The position numbers were made by a program, and so were the translations under genes. From positions 22,324 to 86,323 of the forward strand of contig MGKI01000004.1 in the NCBI GenBank assembly GCA_001795615.1: a stretch of 64,000 bases of DNA. The letters are read 5' to 3'. Source of the stretch: Candidatus Yanofskybacteria bacterium RIFCSPLOWO2_01_FULL_42_49 (GTDB lineage Bacteria; Patescibacteriota; Minisyncoccia; 2-02-FULL-40-12; GWA2-44-9). The notes under the pieces are model-generated. The model was given only the letters and a program-made list of their open reading frames with translations. It had not been told where the DNA came from and did no database searches. Below, in pieces: positions 42,147 through 52,150 of the stretch (the first letter of the stretch is position 1; each line of letters starts with the position of its first letter).

Positions 42147-42731
42147 ATGAACGAAGAGGTTGTGTCAAATACTTTAGCATCAATATATAACTTATCCGAA
42201 TTTCATATCGGTTCTTTTACTTTGGATAGTTTTTACGCCTACTTTTCCGGTTCAGCGACGATCGGTTTATTCAGTAATTTAAAAGTCCTCGGCGGGTTCT
42301 TGTCTTTAGTGTTATTTATATTGTTTTTAATAAACTTCATAAAAACGGACAAGCTTGTCAGAACAAGAATTAACTTCCTAAAGTCGCTGGCTCCGCCAAA
42401 ACCGACAGAAGAAAGTCCGCTTGGCTCAAGGTGGGAAGAAATACAAAAACACCTTAATTCCACCAAAGAAGCGGAGTGGAAGTTTGCCGTTATTGAAGCC
42501 GATGCTTTAGTGGATAGTTTACTTAAAGCCAGCGGTTACCCGGGAGATACGATGGGCGACCGGTTAAAAAACATAAATAAAGCTCAAATTGTAACCTTAG
42601 ACGGGTTGTGGGAAGCTCATAAAATAAGGAATCGGCTGGCTCATGACCTCAATTACTTCCTTCGCTACGGCGAAGCCAAACGCGCCATTCAACTCTACGA
42701 AAAAACCCTCAAGGAATTAAATGCTCTCTAA
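42147..42731 (+). CDS. Hypothetical membrane-anchored protein
   Basis: TM then AVIEAD...GDTMGDRL...WEAHKIRNRLAH (HEPN-like RxxxxH). Confidence 0.7.
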   Translation: MNEEVVSNTLASIYNLSEFHIGSFTLDSFYAYFSGSATIGLFSNLKVLGGFLSLVLFILFLINFIKTDKLVRTRINFLKSLAPPKPTEESPLGSRWEEIQKHLNSTKEAEWKFAVIEADALVDSLLKASGYPGDTMGDRLKNINKAQIVTLDGLWEAHKIRNRLAHDLNYFLRYGEAKRAIQLYEKTLKELNAL

Positions 42732-42767
42732 AACTTCAAAACCTCCCATATGGGAGGTTTTGAGTTG

Positions 42768-42838
42768 TGGACCTACGGGGAGTCGAACCCCGTCCTGATC
42801 CATGCCATGGATCCGTCATACCGGTAGACTATAGGCCC
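42768..42838 (-). tRNA. tRNA-Ala(GGC)
   Basis: G3:U70, loop ATGGCAT. Confidence 0.92.
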
Positions 42839-42898
42839 TTAATTATTTGAAAAAATACCACGAAAATGATAGAATTTCAAGGTTATTATTTATATAAT

Positions 42899-42970
42899 GC
42901 CCTCGTAGTTCAATGGATAGAACGGAGGTTTCCTAAACCTTAAATCCATGTTCGACTCATGGCGAGGGCA
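42899..42970 (+). tRNA. tRNA-Arg(CCT)
   Basis: Cloverleaf, loop TTCCTAA. Confidence 0.92.
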
Positions 42971-43009
42971 CCTTCTTCGCTAAAGCTACGAAGTGCAAGC
43001 TAAAAAATA

Positions 43010-44443
43010 ATGCAATTACCACAAGAAGTAAAAAATATTTTAGAAAAGTTGTCTGAAGACGGTTATGAGGCCTACATCGTGGGCGGATGCGTGCGTGATT
43101 TGTTGTTAGGTAAAGAACCGAAGGATTGGGATATTACAACTAACGCCAAGCCGGAAGAGATACAAAAGGTATTTTCAGATACTGTTTACGAGAATAGCTT
43201 CGGGACTGTTGCAGTTAAAACAGATTCCGAAAATCCGGCCTTGGCGATAGTAGAGATAACGCCTTACCGTATCGAGGGAAAATATACGGACAAGAGACAT
43301 CCGGACGAGATTAGATTTGCGGATAAACTTGAAAACGACCTCTCTCGCAGGGATTTCACAATAAACGCACTGGCCATGAATGTTGATGGAAAAATTATTG
43401 ATAATTTTAACGGACAGAAAGACATAAAAAATAAAGTGATAAGAACCGTTGGAATTCCAAAAGAAAGATTTAGCGAGGATGCCTTGCGTTTGTTTCGAGC
43501 TGTTCGTTTTGCCACAATATTCGGCTTTAGCATAGAAGAAGGCACTTTGGCCGCCGTAAAAGAAAATGCCGAGTGGCTTCGTGCTATTTCAAAAGAAAGG
43601 ATAAGAGATGAATTTGTTAAAATAATCGAGGCTGATAACGCTTACGAAGGAATACTGTTGCTTGAAGAAACAGGTCTTCTGCAATACATACTCCCGGAAT
43701 TAAGAGAGGGTATCGGCGTGGGACAAAATTTACACCATATTTATACCGTATGGGAGCACAATATCCTGGCATTGAAATATGCCGCCAGGAAAAAATACTC
43801 TCTGGAAATCCGGCTCGGATCTTTGTTCCACGACATAGGCAAACCTAGAACAAAAAGAGGAGAAGGTAAATATTCAACCTTTTACGGACACGATGTTGTG
43901 GGCGCCAGAATAACGGCAGAAATAATGGAGCGGCTGCGGTTTTCTAAAGAGATTTCAGAAAAAGTCATTAAGTTGGTACGATACCACCTCTTTTACTATA
44001 ATGTCGGCGAAGTTACAGAATCGTCAGTAAGAAGATTGCTGACAAATGTCGGACCGGAAAATATTGAAGACTTGATCAGAGTAAGGGAGGGAGACAGAAT
44101 CGGTTCCGGAAGGCCAAAAGCAGTGCCATATAAACTTCGCCATTTGAAATATGTGATAGACAAAGTTTCTAATGATCCCATATCGGTCAAAATGCTCGAA
44201 ATCGATGGCAACGAGTTAATGAAAGAGCTAGGAGTAAAACCTGGACCAAAAGTCGGTCTTATATTAAACTACCTCCTTGCTGAAGTGCTGAGTGACCCCG
44301 CTAAAAATAAGAAAAATAGCCTTAAACAAAGAATTCATGAATTAGATAAAAAAACACCGGGGGAACTGAAAAAGGCGCTTGAACAAATAGAGAAAGCTAT
44401 CGAGGAGGAAGAAAAGGAAAGGATGAAAAAATATTATGTATAG
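43010..44443 (+). CDS. cca: CCA-adding tRNA nucleotidyltransferase with HD domain
   Basis: VGGCVRD, DWD, RRDFTINA, EDALR, HDIGK. Confidence 0.9.
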   Translation: MQLPQEVKNILEKLSEDGYEAYIVGGCVRDLLLGKEPKDWDITTNAKPEEIQKVFSDTVYENSFGTVAVKTDSENPALAIVEITPYRIEGKYTDKRHPDEIRFADKLENDLSRRDFTINALAMNVDGKIIDNFNGQKDIKNKVIRTVGIPKERFSEDALRLFRAVRFATIFGFSIEEGTLAAVKENAEWLRAISKERIRDEFVKIIEADNAYEGILLLEETGLLQYILPELREGIGVGQNLHHIYTVWEHNILALKYAARKKYSLEIRLGSLFHDIGKPRTKRGEGKYSTFYGHDVVGARITAEIMERLRFSKEISEKVIKLVRYHLFYYNVGEVTESSVRRLLTNVGPENIEDLIRVREGDRIGSGRPKAVPYKLRHLKYVIDKVSNDPISVKMLEIDGNELMKELGVKPGPKVGLILNYLLAEVLSDPAKNKKNSLKQRIHELDKKTPGELKKALEQIEKAIEEEEKERMKKYYV

Positions 44444-44870
44444 AATAAAAATCAAAAGATTTGATAAAAACTTTCCCTTACCGGAATACAAGACAAAAGG
44501 AGCGGCCGGTGTGGATTTTTCAACTCGGGAAACCATAACCGTCAAGCCCGGAAAGATTGGCGTCATACCGCTCAATCTGGCAGTAGCAATACCCAAAGGC
44601 CACTTCATGCTGTTATGCGCCCGCAGTTCTACTTACAAGCTTGGCCTCACGATGATAAACGGTGTCGGCGTCATTGATTCTGACTTTTGCGGAGATGGGG
44701 ATGAATTTAAATTTGCGGTTCAAAATTTCACCAAAAAGACCGTAACCGTTGAAAGGGGGACTCGCATCGCCCAAGGGATATTTGTAAAATTCACTCGTGC
44801 TACATGGCAAGAGGTGGGAAAAATGAAAGCCAAAACACGCGGGGGATTTGGAAGTACGGGAAATAAGTAA
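44436..44870 (+). CDS. dut: dUTPase
   Basis: AGVD, RSS, GVIDSDF, RIAQ, RGGFGSTG. Confidence 0.95.
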   Translation: MYRIKIKRFDKNFPLPEYKTKGAAGVDFSTRETITVKPGKIGVIPLNLAVAIPKGHFMLLCARSSTYKLGLTMINGVGVIDSDFCGDGDEFKFAVQNFTKKTVTVERGTRIAQGIFVKFTRATWQEVGKMKAKTRGGFGSTGNK

Positions 44871-44923
44871 ATACTAGTAAAGTCGTTGAAAATCTGCTAA
44901 GATAGGGCCGGATTTTCAGTTTT

Positions 44924-44995
44924 CAGGCCGTAGTGTACCGGCAACACGCTATCCTCGGGCGATAGAGATAGAGGGTTCGATTCCCTCCGGCCTGA
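44924..44995 (+). tRNA. tRNA-Pro(CGG)
   Basis: C1-G72, loop CTCGGGC. Confidence 0.92.
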
Positions 44996-45052
44996 CTTGG
45001 TGTTTATAACTTTAAGTTCAAAAACTTCCATGCTGACTTGTTCTTTGATATA

Positions 45053-45940
45053 ATGACAGAGATGTTATCGACGGTAAAAGTTAGGTGTCATTTTTGTCGT
45101 AAACCATTCCTGACAAAAAAGGCTTATTTTGTTTTTAATAAAGAGGTCGGTTATCATTCATTTTGTTCCAAGGAGTGCGGATACAACCATAGAAAAACCG
45201 GTAAATGGCTCATCTGCGGAAACCCTAATTGCGAGAAAAAAATTTATAGAAACTTGGCTGGCATCTCTCCGTTCAACTATTGTTCCAAGTCTTGTGCCGC
45301 AATAGTTAACAATCAAAAATATCCCAAACATCCTCCGAGATATTGTGCATATTCTGGATGCAAGAACATGGTAAAAAGAGTCGGGTCTCCTTTTTGCTCT
45401 ATAAAATGCGGCAAACTAAGCAAGTTTAAATACACCAAAGAAGAAATCGTCACCTTAATTAAAGAACATGTCGCTAAAACAAATAGGGTACCCCCAAAAA
45501 GGGAGGTTCCTGAAATATCACACAAAGCCATACATTTATTTGGTTCGTGGAACAATGCTCTTACCATTGCCGGTTTAATACCCAACCGTTCTCACAACAA
45601 TAGAATGTATAAACGTCTGAATGGAAAAGCAGCAGATGGGCATCTCTGCGATTCTGTTTCAGAAATACTTATTGATAACTGGCTGCACAAGAATAAAGTT
45701 AAGCACTCAAGAAATGTACCGTATCCAAAAACTAATCATGTTGCGGACTGGGCAGTAAACAACGACAAGGTTTTTGTTGAATACTTTGGACTTGCTAACG
45801 ACAGTCCAAGATATGACCGCACAATAAAAGAAAAGAAATTGCTGTGCAGAAATAACCGAATCAAACTAATTGAAATATATCCAAAAGATCTGTATCCTAA
45901 AAACTTACTCGACAAAAGATTGTTTCCCGTTTTAAAATAG
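45053..45940 (+). CDS. Zinc-finger repeat protein with C-terminal PD-(D/E)XK-like nuclease domain (homing-endonuclease-like)
   Basis: Repeated CxxC...FCSxxC units, FGSWNNAL, DS..E..ID...AD...VEYFG; between two tRNAs. Confidence 0.6.
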   Translation: MTEMLSTVKVRCHFCRKPFLTKKAYFVFNKEVGYHSFCSKECGYNHRKTGKWLICGNPNCEKKIYRNLAGISPFNYCSKSCAAIVNNQKYPKHPPRYCAYSGCKNMVKRVGSPFCSIKCGKLSKFKYTKEEIVTLIKEHVAKTNRVPPKREVPEISHKAIHLFGSWNNALTIAGLIPNRSHNNRMYKRLNGKAADGHLCDSVSEILIDNWLHKNKVKHSRNVPYPKTNHVADWAVNNDKVFVEYFGLANDSPRYDRTIKEKKLLCRNNRIKLIEIYPKDLYPKNLLDKRLFPVLK

Positions 45941-46010
45941 GGCCCGTCGTATAGTGGCAATACGTAGCATTCGCATTGCTAAAACGCGGTTTCGATTACC
46001 GCCGGGTCCA
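45940..46010 (+). tRNA. tRNA-Ala(CGC)
   Basis: G3:U70, loop TTCGCAT; first base shared with the upstream stop codon. Confidence 0.92.
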
Positions 46011-46211
46011 CAACGTGTGATAAATCAGCAGACGACTGCTCATCTATCGAGTAAATAAGCCCTAATTTGGCGGTTCCAAATCCGCTAATTTTCAGTTTTA
46101 AAAAACTGGTAAGAAATAGGCCTTTTGGAACCATAAAATTTCAACTCTGTTGTTTTTTTCAACAGCTAGTATAGATTTATACATCGTTAGTATTTTGAAA
46201 ATTGGAGGAAT

Positions 46212-47121
46212 ATTGAAAAATAGAACAGCTATTATCGTGCATGGCGGTGCTATCAAGGGAGCATTTGCCGCTGGTGTAATGTATTATTTATCTAGGATCG
46301 GAATACAAGCCGCGGATATTATTGTAGGTACATCTTCATGTGTTCCAACTGCAGCGTATTTTACCAGCAGACAATTTGAGTTTATAAAGAATATCTGGCT
46401 TCGCGAGGTTGGTTCTAAAGATTTTATTAACCGCTTCAATCTATTGGCAGGCAAACCAATTTTCAATTTACCCCACCTCATTAACACTGTTTTTCAACAG
46501 AGATATCCCTTAAATGTAGGGGATATTGTCGGATCAGAGTCATTATTTCTAGTTCCACTTTATAACTATCGGGAGGGGCGAGTAGAATTTATTAATAATC
46601 GCCAGGAGCAGTTTAAAAAGGACTCCTGGAAAGTTCTCCAGGCAGCACTAACTGTTCACGACCAAGATATTGTACGAGAAGAGGGGCTGGAACAATTTGT
46701 AGATGCTGATCTCGACCCATTTGCTTTGTACCGACAACAAGTCATCCCGAATGGACATAACGTTCTAGTAGTCATTAATCACAAAGACTTAGATTATACC
46801 CTAAAACGGTGGCTGGGTGTGCGAATTTATCGTCTTCTGCAATCAAAACACTTCCCAGATGGAGTAAAAGATAAGTTAAAAGATCGAGGTGAACTAATCA
46901 AAAGTGGATTGAAACTTTTTCAAAAATTTGAAGAAGACTATCGACCTATCCTCATCAGCCCACCAGAAACGATGAACTTAAATACGAGCACATTAATTAC
47001 TAGAAATAAAGATAGGCTTAATTACTTATTCGAGATGGGGGTAAGATCGGTTATGGATATAGACAAGCAAGTTTTGTCAGATTTTGTTTCTAGGTCACAA
47101 GAATTGCTAAATACTTCTTAA
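46212..47121 (+). CDS. Patatin-like phospholipase family protein
   Basis: GGAIKG, GTSS; GGAGG RBS before TTG at 46213 (start approximate). Confidence 0.7.
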
Positions 47122-47182
47122 ATACCCAATGTGGGTATTTTTGTTTTATAAGATATAGTGAGTGGCGGGGTAGGGTAAGAAC

Positions 47183-47199
47183 TTACAACAACATTGTAA
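47183..47199. promoter_or_regulatory. Candidate HicAB operator
   Basis: TTACAA-5 nt-TTGTAA inverted repeat upstream of hicB. Confidence 0.35.
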
Positions 47200-47228
47200 A
47201 TCCGAGTTTAATTTGCTATGATTGCTCT

Positions 47229-47453
47229 ATGAAGAGAATCATTCAATTCCACATCTCCAAGGGTGATAAATACTATACTGCCGAAGGGGTTGATTTACCT
47301 GTAGTTACCCAGGGTAAAACCTTAGATGAATTAGCGGTAAATATTCAGGAGGCAGTTGACCTGCATTTAGAGGGCGAGAATCCTGCTGATTTTGACATTG
47401 CTCCGAATCCCTCTGTTTTGATGAATTTTGAACTTCCTCAGATTCATGCCTAG
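47229..47453 (+). CDS. hicB: HicB-family antitoxin
   Basis: TQGKTLDEL..NIQEAV.LHLE. Confidence 0.85.
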   Translation: MKRIIQFHISKGDKYYTAEGVDLPVVTQGKTLDELAVNIQEAVDLHLEGENPADFDIAPNPSVLMNFELPQIHA

Positions 47454-47688
47454 ACTCAAGGTCTTATCAGGTGAAAATGTGATAAAGATTCTTGAGTCTT
47501 TTAATTTTGCCATAATTTCCCAGAAGGGCAGTCATGTTAAACTTCGTAGAACCATAAAGAAAAATAATCAAACACTTACTATCCCCAATCACAAAGAGTT
47601 AGATAGGGGAACTCTTCGGGCCATTTTTAATCAGGCTTCAAAATACATCTCCGAATCAGAACTCATGCCCCATTTTTATAATGAGTAA
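47446..47688 (+). CDS. hicA: HicA-family toxin
   Basis: QKGSH, TIPNH.EL..GTL..I. Confidence 0.88.
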   Translation: MPRLKVLSGENVIKILESFNFAIISQKGSHVKLRRTIKKNNQTLTIPNHKELDRGTLRAIFNQASKYISESELMPHFYNE

Positions 47689-47759
47689 AGTTTGAATTTG
47701 TTGCCAGACTTTCAATTCTTCGATAAGCTGGTTCCAGTTGAGTCTCACGAAGTCCACCA

Positions 47760-50700
47760 ATGGATAAAATTTTCTACGACTTAAACGACAAGCAAGCCGA
47801 GGCCGTCAAAATAATTGACGGCCCGGTTTTAGTTATTTCTGGTCCAGGTTCGGGAAAGACCAAATGTCTTACTCACAGAGTCGCGCACCTAATTTCTACG
47901 GGCGTAAAACCCGAAAACATTCTTTGCCTGACCTTCACCAACAAGGCGGCCGGTGAGATGCGAGAACGAGTTTCTCGCTTACTTGAGGTTAAACCTCAAT
48001 TTAGCAGGGGACTAATTTTTGCGACTCCACTTATTGGGACATTCCACTCCATCGGCCTCAAAATTTTACGGCGAGAAATTCACCATCTCAATTACAGAAG
48101 CAACTTCACTATTTTTGATGCTGACGACCAGAAAAGTTTAGTCAAAAGAATAATCGCCGAGCTAGAGTTAGATAGTAAAAAAACCAACCCTAGCGCCGTA
48201 CTTTCCAGAATATCACGCCTAAAAACAGAATTTATTGAACCTAAAGACGCGCCTTCAGAAGAATTTTTTGAGAAAGTGGTGGGCAATATCTATAAGCGCT
48301 ACCAAGAAGAGTTAAAAAATCTTAACGCCGTTGATTTTGACGACCTCATTGTTCTTTGTGTGAAGATCTTTCAACAAAATTCGGAAACACTGAAAAAATA
48401 TCAGAATCTATGGAAATATATGCTCGTTGACGAGTATCAAGACACGAGCCGAGACCAATATGAATTTATATCCCTCCTAGCCAAGGCCAATCGCAATCTT
48501 TTTTGTATTGGAGACGACGCCCAGTGTTTACCGCCAAAGACCGAAGTTAAAACGGAAAAAGGGTTTAAAAATATTGAAGATATAGGGGTTGGGGAGACCA
48601 TATTGTCGCCAGCTGGCCTTGGGAATACATGCTATGCAATGGTTACAGGAACAAAAAAACGTTACTACAAGGGCCCTTTGCTGGAAATACAAACAAAACT
48701 TGGTTACAAACTAAGAAGTACACCCAACCATGTCACTTTCGGTAAGTTATTGCCGTCAAAAAACTTTTTCATTACTTATCTTATGTTCTCTGAAAAAATT
48801 GGCTACAGAATCGGCATAACTGTCGGTGAACGACATCCAAAAAGCAGTAAGCCGGCACTGGGACTGAATGTCAGAGCAAATCAGGAAAAGTCGGACAAAA
48901 TGTGGATACTTAAAATATCTCCCAGCCGCGCAGACGCTCAATATTGGGAAGCATACTATGCTTATAAATATGGCATCCCAACCACCATATTTTTCGCGGA
49001 TCGGGGCAAGGGAGTAAGTAACAAGATGATTTTAACGCAGAAACATATAGATAATTTGTATAAAGCGATACCCTCCGCGGAAAGAGCGGCAAACTTAATG
49101 CTGGACGAATATATTTATCACGAATATCCTCACCACAGACCCCAAGCAACCGTGAGATATCAAACAAGAAGAATAGCGGTTAACTTAAACTACTTTGGAG
49201 CAGCCCCCGGACCACATATAAAAAACTCCTTATTCAGAGGTGCCAGGGTAAGCATTAACAATAGAAACGAAGATATTAAAAAACTACTAATCAAAGAAGG
49301 GTTTAATACCAGAAAAGGTAAGGCAAGCACGTGGCGCGTGGAAACTTCCAGGAGAGACAATGGCGACGCTGAATTATTGGCGCAAAAATTAAGTTCACTG
49401 TGCAACGTAGAAATATCTAAAAATGCGCTAATTACTGACTTAAGATTTAGCTTTCTGCCGACCTCTCAAATACATCCTCACATGACAATCCCCGTATTTA
49501 ACGGAAATAAAATAATTAACGATGAGGTAGTGGGAGTTAAAAAAACAAATTACAGCGGTTTTGTATACGACTTAAATATTAAAAGAACCCACACCTTTAT
49601 TGCTGACAACTTTCCTGTTCATAATTCGATTTACCAGTTTCGTCGAGCTGACATAAGAAACATACTTAACTTTCAAAAGGATTATCCTGACGCGAAGGTC
49701 GTAATGCTGGAACAAAACTACCGTTCAACCAAAAGCATCATCACCGCCGCTAGCCACTTGATAGCTAATAATAAAAATCAAGTATCCAAAGAGTTGTGGA
49801 CCGATAACAACGAGGGAGAGAAAATATTGGCCAAAGAACTTCTGAATGAACGGCAAGAAGCAGGTTTTATTGTATCCACAGTTAGAGACATGGTCAAAAA
49901 GGGGCGCAAACCAAATGACTTCGTGGTCTTATATCGCACCCATGCCCAATCCAGAGCTGTGGAGGAAGCACTCATATCAGCAGGATTTCCTTATCATATA
50001 GTCGGGGGCATCAAGTTCTATGAAAGAAAGGAAATTAAAGACATTCTTGCTTATCTTAAATTTCTAACAAACCCGGCTGATATCATCAGCTTTGAGAGAA
50101 TATATAATGTCCCTCCGCGGGGGATAGGAGCTGCTCTGCTAGAGAAAATCACAAAACGCCCCAGTACCAGAGCAGAGAACGGTACGGGGCACAGCAAATC
50201 ACAAAACACAAATAAAAACTCAAACGTTGACTTAAGAAAAAACCTAAAAGAAATGACGAGCAGTAAAGAACTCTCAAAAAGACAGCATGAGGCTATTAAA
50301 AGTTTTCACATCCTGTTAGAAGAAATAGCTAAGGAGGCCGACAAAAGCAAACTGACAAACTTAATAAAACATGTCATCAAATCAACCGATTACGAGAAAT
50401 ACTTAAAAGAAACATGGGCACCGGAAAACGCTGAAGAACGGCTGGAAAACCTTAAAGAACTTCTCACTGTCGCCAGAAAATACGATCCGCCGGCTGGCGG
50501 ACGCGAATCATGTTATGAAGGAATGGTTAGATTTCTTGAAGAGATTGCTTTGCTTCAAGATATGGACCGCGTTAAAAATACCGATAACAAAATAACTTTG
50601 ATGACCACCCACGCTTCCAAGGGCCTTGAATTCCCGGTTGTCTTTATCATTGGTCTTGAAGAAGGGTTGTTCCCTCACTCGAGAACGCTTTTTTATCCTG

Positions 50701-50909
50701 ACGAACTTGAAGAAGAAAGACGGCTTTGCTATGTAGCTATCACAAGAGCAAAAGAAAAACTAATCCTAACTTTTACGAAATATAGAAATATATTCGGCTC
50801 AACTCAAACTAATCTCCCGTCCAGGTTTCTAGGAGAGATACCGGCGCACCTTGCGTTATTTGAAACGGGCGGAGTCGATTTTAACGACGAAGATAAAATT
50901 TACTACTAA
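47760..50909 (+). CDS. pcrA: PcrA/UvrD helicase, intein-containing
   Basis: GPGSGKT, DEYQD, GDDAQ|SIY, LEQNYRS, KGLEF, EEERRL. Confidence 0.95.
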   Translation: MDKIFYDLNDKQAEAVKIIDGPVLVISGPGSGKTKCLTHRVAHLISTGVKPENILCLTFTNKAAGEMRERVSRLLEVKPQFSRGLIFATPLIGTFHSIGLKILRREIHHLNYRSNFTIFDADDQKSLVKRIIAELELDSKKTNPSAVLSRISRLKTEFIEPKDAPSEEFFEKVVGNIYKRYQEELKNLNAVDFDDLIVLCVKIFQQNSETLKKYQNLWKYMLVDEYQDTSRDQYEFISLLAKANRNLFCIGDDAQCLPPKTEVKTEKGFKNIEDIGVGETILSPAGLGNTCYAMVTGTKKRYYKGPLLEIQTKLGYKLRSTPNHVTFGKLLPSKNFFITYLMFSEKIGYRIGITVGERHPKSSKPALGLNVRANQEKSDKMWILKISPSRADAQYWEAYYAYKYGIPTTIFFADRGKGVSNKMILTQKHIDNLYKAIPSAERAANLMLDEYIYHEYPHHRPQATVRYQTRRIAVNLNYFGAAPGPHIKNSLFRGARVSINNRNEDIKKLLIKEGFNTRKGKASTWRVETSRRDNGDAELLAQKLSSLCNVEISKNALITDLRFSFLPTSQIHPHMTIPVFNGNKIINDEVVGVKKTNYSGFVYDLNIKRTHTFIADNFPVHNSIYQFRRADIRNILNFQKDYPDAKVVMLEQNYRSTKSIITAASHLIANNKNQVSKELWTDNNEGEKILAKELLNERQEAGFIVSTVRDMVKKGRKPNDFVVLYRTHAQSRAVEEALISAGFPYHIVGGIKFYERKEIKDILAYLKFLTNPADIISFERIYNVPPRGIGAALLEKITKRPSTRAENGTGHSKSQNTNKNSNVDLRKNLKEMTSSKELSKRQHEAIKSFHILLEEIAKEADKSKLTNLIKHVIKSTDYEKYLKETWAPENAEERLENLKELLTVARKYDPPAGGRESCYEGMVRFLEEIALLQDMDRVKNTDNKITLMTTHASKGLEFPVVFIIGLEEGLFPHSRTLFYPDELEEERRLCYVAITRAKEKLILTFTKYRNIFGSTQTNLPSRFLGEIPAHLALFETGGVDFNDEDKIYY
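48525..49625 (+). mobile_element. Intein (367 aa)
   Basis: Starts CLPPKT after GDDAQ; block B TPNH; ends VYDL...FIADNFPVHN followed by Ser. Confidence 0.93.
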
Positions 50910-50917
50910 CCTCTATT

Positions 50918-50960
50918 AACCTGTGGATAAACGACTTGCGAAGTCGTTTATCCACAGGTT
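50918..50960. promoter_or_regulatory. 20-bp perfect inverted repeat carrying two DnaA boxes
   Basis: AACCTGTGGATAAACGACTT-GCG-AAGTCGTTTATCCACAGGTT. Confidence 0.7.
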
Positions 50961-50967
50961 GTTTTGT

Positions 50968-51720
50968 ATGTTTAGAGCCAAAAAGTCGCTAGGACAGAAC
51001 TTCCTTGTTAATCAGGGGATTTTAGACAAAATAATAAATGCGGCTGATCTAAACAAAAAAGATATCGTCCTTGAGATAGGGTCAGGAACAGGCGTGCTAA
51101 CGAAAAAGCTGACAGAAAACGCCGGCCGGATTGTCGCCGTTGAAAAAGACCGTCGGCTTATTGAAGAACTCAGGGAGAAGTTCAGAAACACAAACATTGA
51201 GATCGTTGAGGGAGACATTTTAAAATTCCAACCAACAATCTACAACCTAAAACCGACAACTTATAAGGTCGTCGGAAATATTCCTTACTATTTAACGTCT
51301 AATCTATTGAGAAAAATATTCGAGGATTGGCCGCAACCAAAACTTATTATACTAACAATGCAAAAAGAAGTTGCGCAAAGAATAATTGCAAAACCCCCGC
51401 GCATGAATCTCCTTGCTCTCTCGATTCAATTTTATACTGAACCGAAAATTATAAGTTATGTATCGAGGGGCAGTTTCCGACCGATGCCTAAGGTTGACTC
51501 GGCGATTATTCGGCTAACGCCTTACCAAGAATCAAGAATTATGAATTATGAATTAAGGGAAAAGTTTTTCAAACTCACTAAAACTGCTTTTGCGGGGAAA
51601 AGAAAACAACTCAAAAATACTATCGGCGCCGAAATTCTTGAAAAAACTGGGCTCAGACCGGAATCACGACCCGAAGAGTTGTCTTTGGAAGATTGGCTAC
51701 AAATTACATCTCAGGTATAA
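50968..51720 (+). CDS. rsmA: 16S rRNA dimethyladenosine transferase
   Basis: KKSLGQNFL, EIGSG, GNIPYY, P.PKVDSA. Confidence 0.96.
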   Translation: MFRAKKSLGQNFLVNQGILDKIINAADLNKKDIVLEIGSGTGVLTKKLTENAGRIVAVEKDRRLIEELREKFRNTNIEIVEGDILKFQPTIYNLKPTTYKVVGNIPYYLTSNLLRKIFEDWPQPKLIILTMQKEVAQRIIAKPPRMNLLALSIQFYTEPKIISYVSRGSFRPMPKVDSAIIRLTPYQESRIMNYELREKFFKLTKTAFAGKRKQLKNTIGAEILEKTGLRPESRPEELSLEDWLQITSQV

Positions 51721-51727
51721 TTAACCT

Positions 51728-52090
51728 ATGAGAGTAACCATTATTCTGTTTACGGTCCTACTATTAGCAACCGTTCCCTTGAGTGTTTTCGCTGTGGTCT
51801 TAAATCCGTTGGGAACTTCTTTCGGAGGAAGAGTAACTTCTATCATACCCTGTACCTGCAGCATCCCCCCGACAATGCTAAAAATAACTGTCGGCCCACC
51901 AAAGGGCGGTAGTTTTCTTTACATTCCGGGCATAAGCACCCTTTATATGTTCTACAATTTATTGCCCCCAAGCTGGGTTTTGGGCTTATCCATCGGCAGA
52001 CGCGAGTGCTTGGTTGGTATTCCCCCCGCCTGCACTTCTGCCGGACTTGGCGGAACCATAATCAGGATAATCGGAACATCGATATTTTAG
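51728..52090 (+). CDS. Small secreted Cys/Pro/Gly-rich protein
   Basis: Signal peptide; FGG, CTC, C...C. Confidence 0.65.
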   Translation: MRVTIILFTVLLLATVPLSVFAVVLNPLGTSFGGRVTSIIPCTCSIPPTMLKITVGPPKGGSFLYIPGISTLYMFYNLLPPSWVLGLSIGRRECLVGIPPACTSAGLGGTIIRIIGTSIF

Positions 52091-52150
52091 CCTCTCAATA
52101 TCAACAGCCGGTATGGAAATCCGGCTGTTTTTGCGTGGTATAATTAAGGG

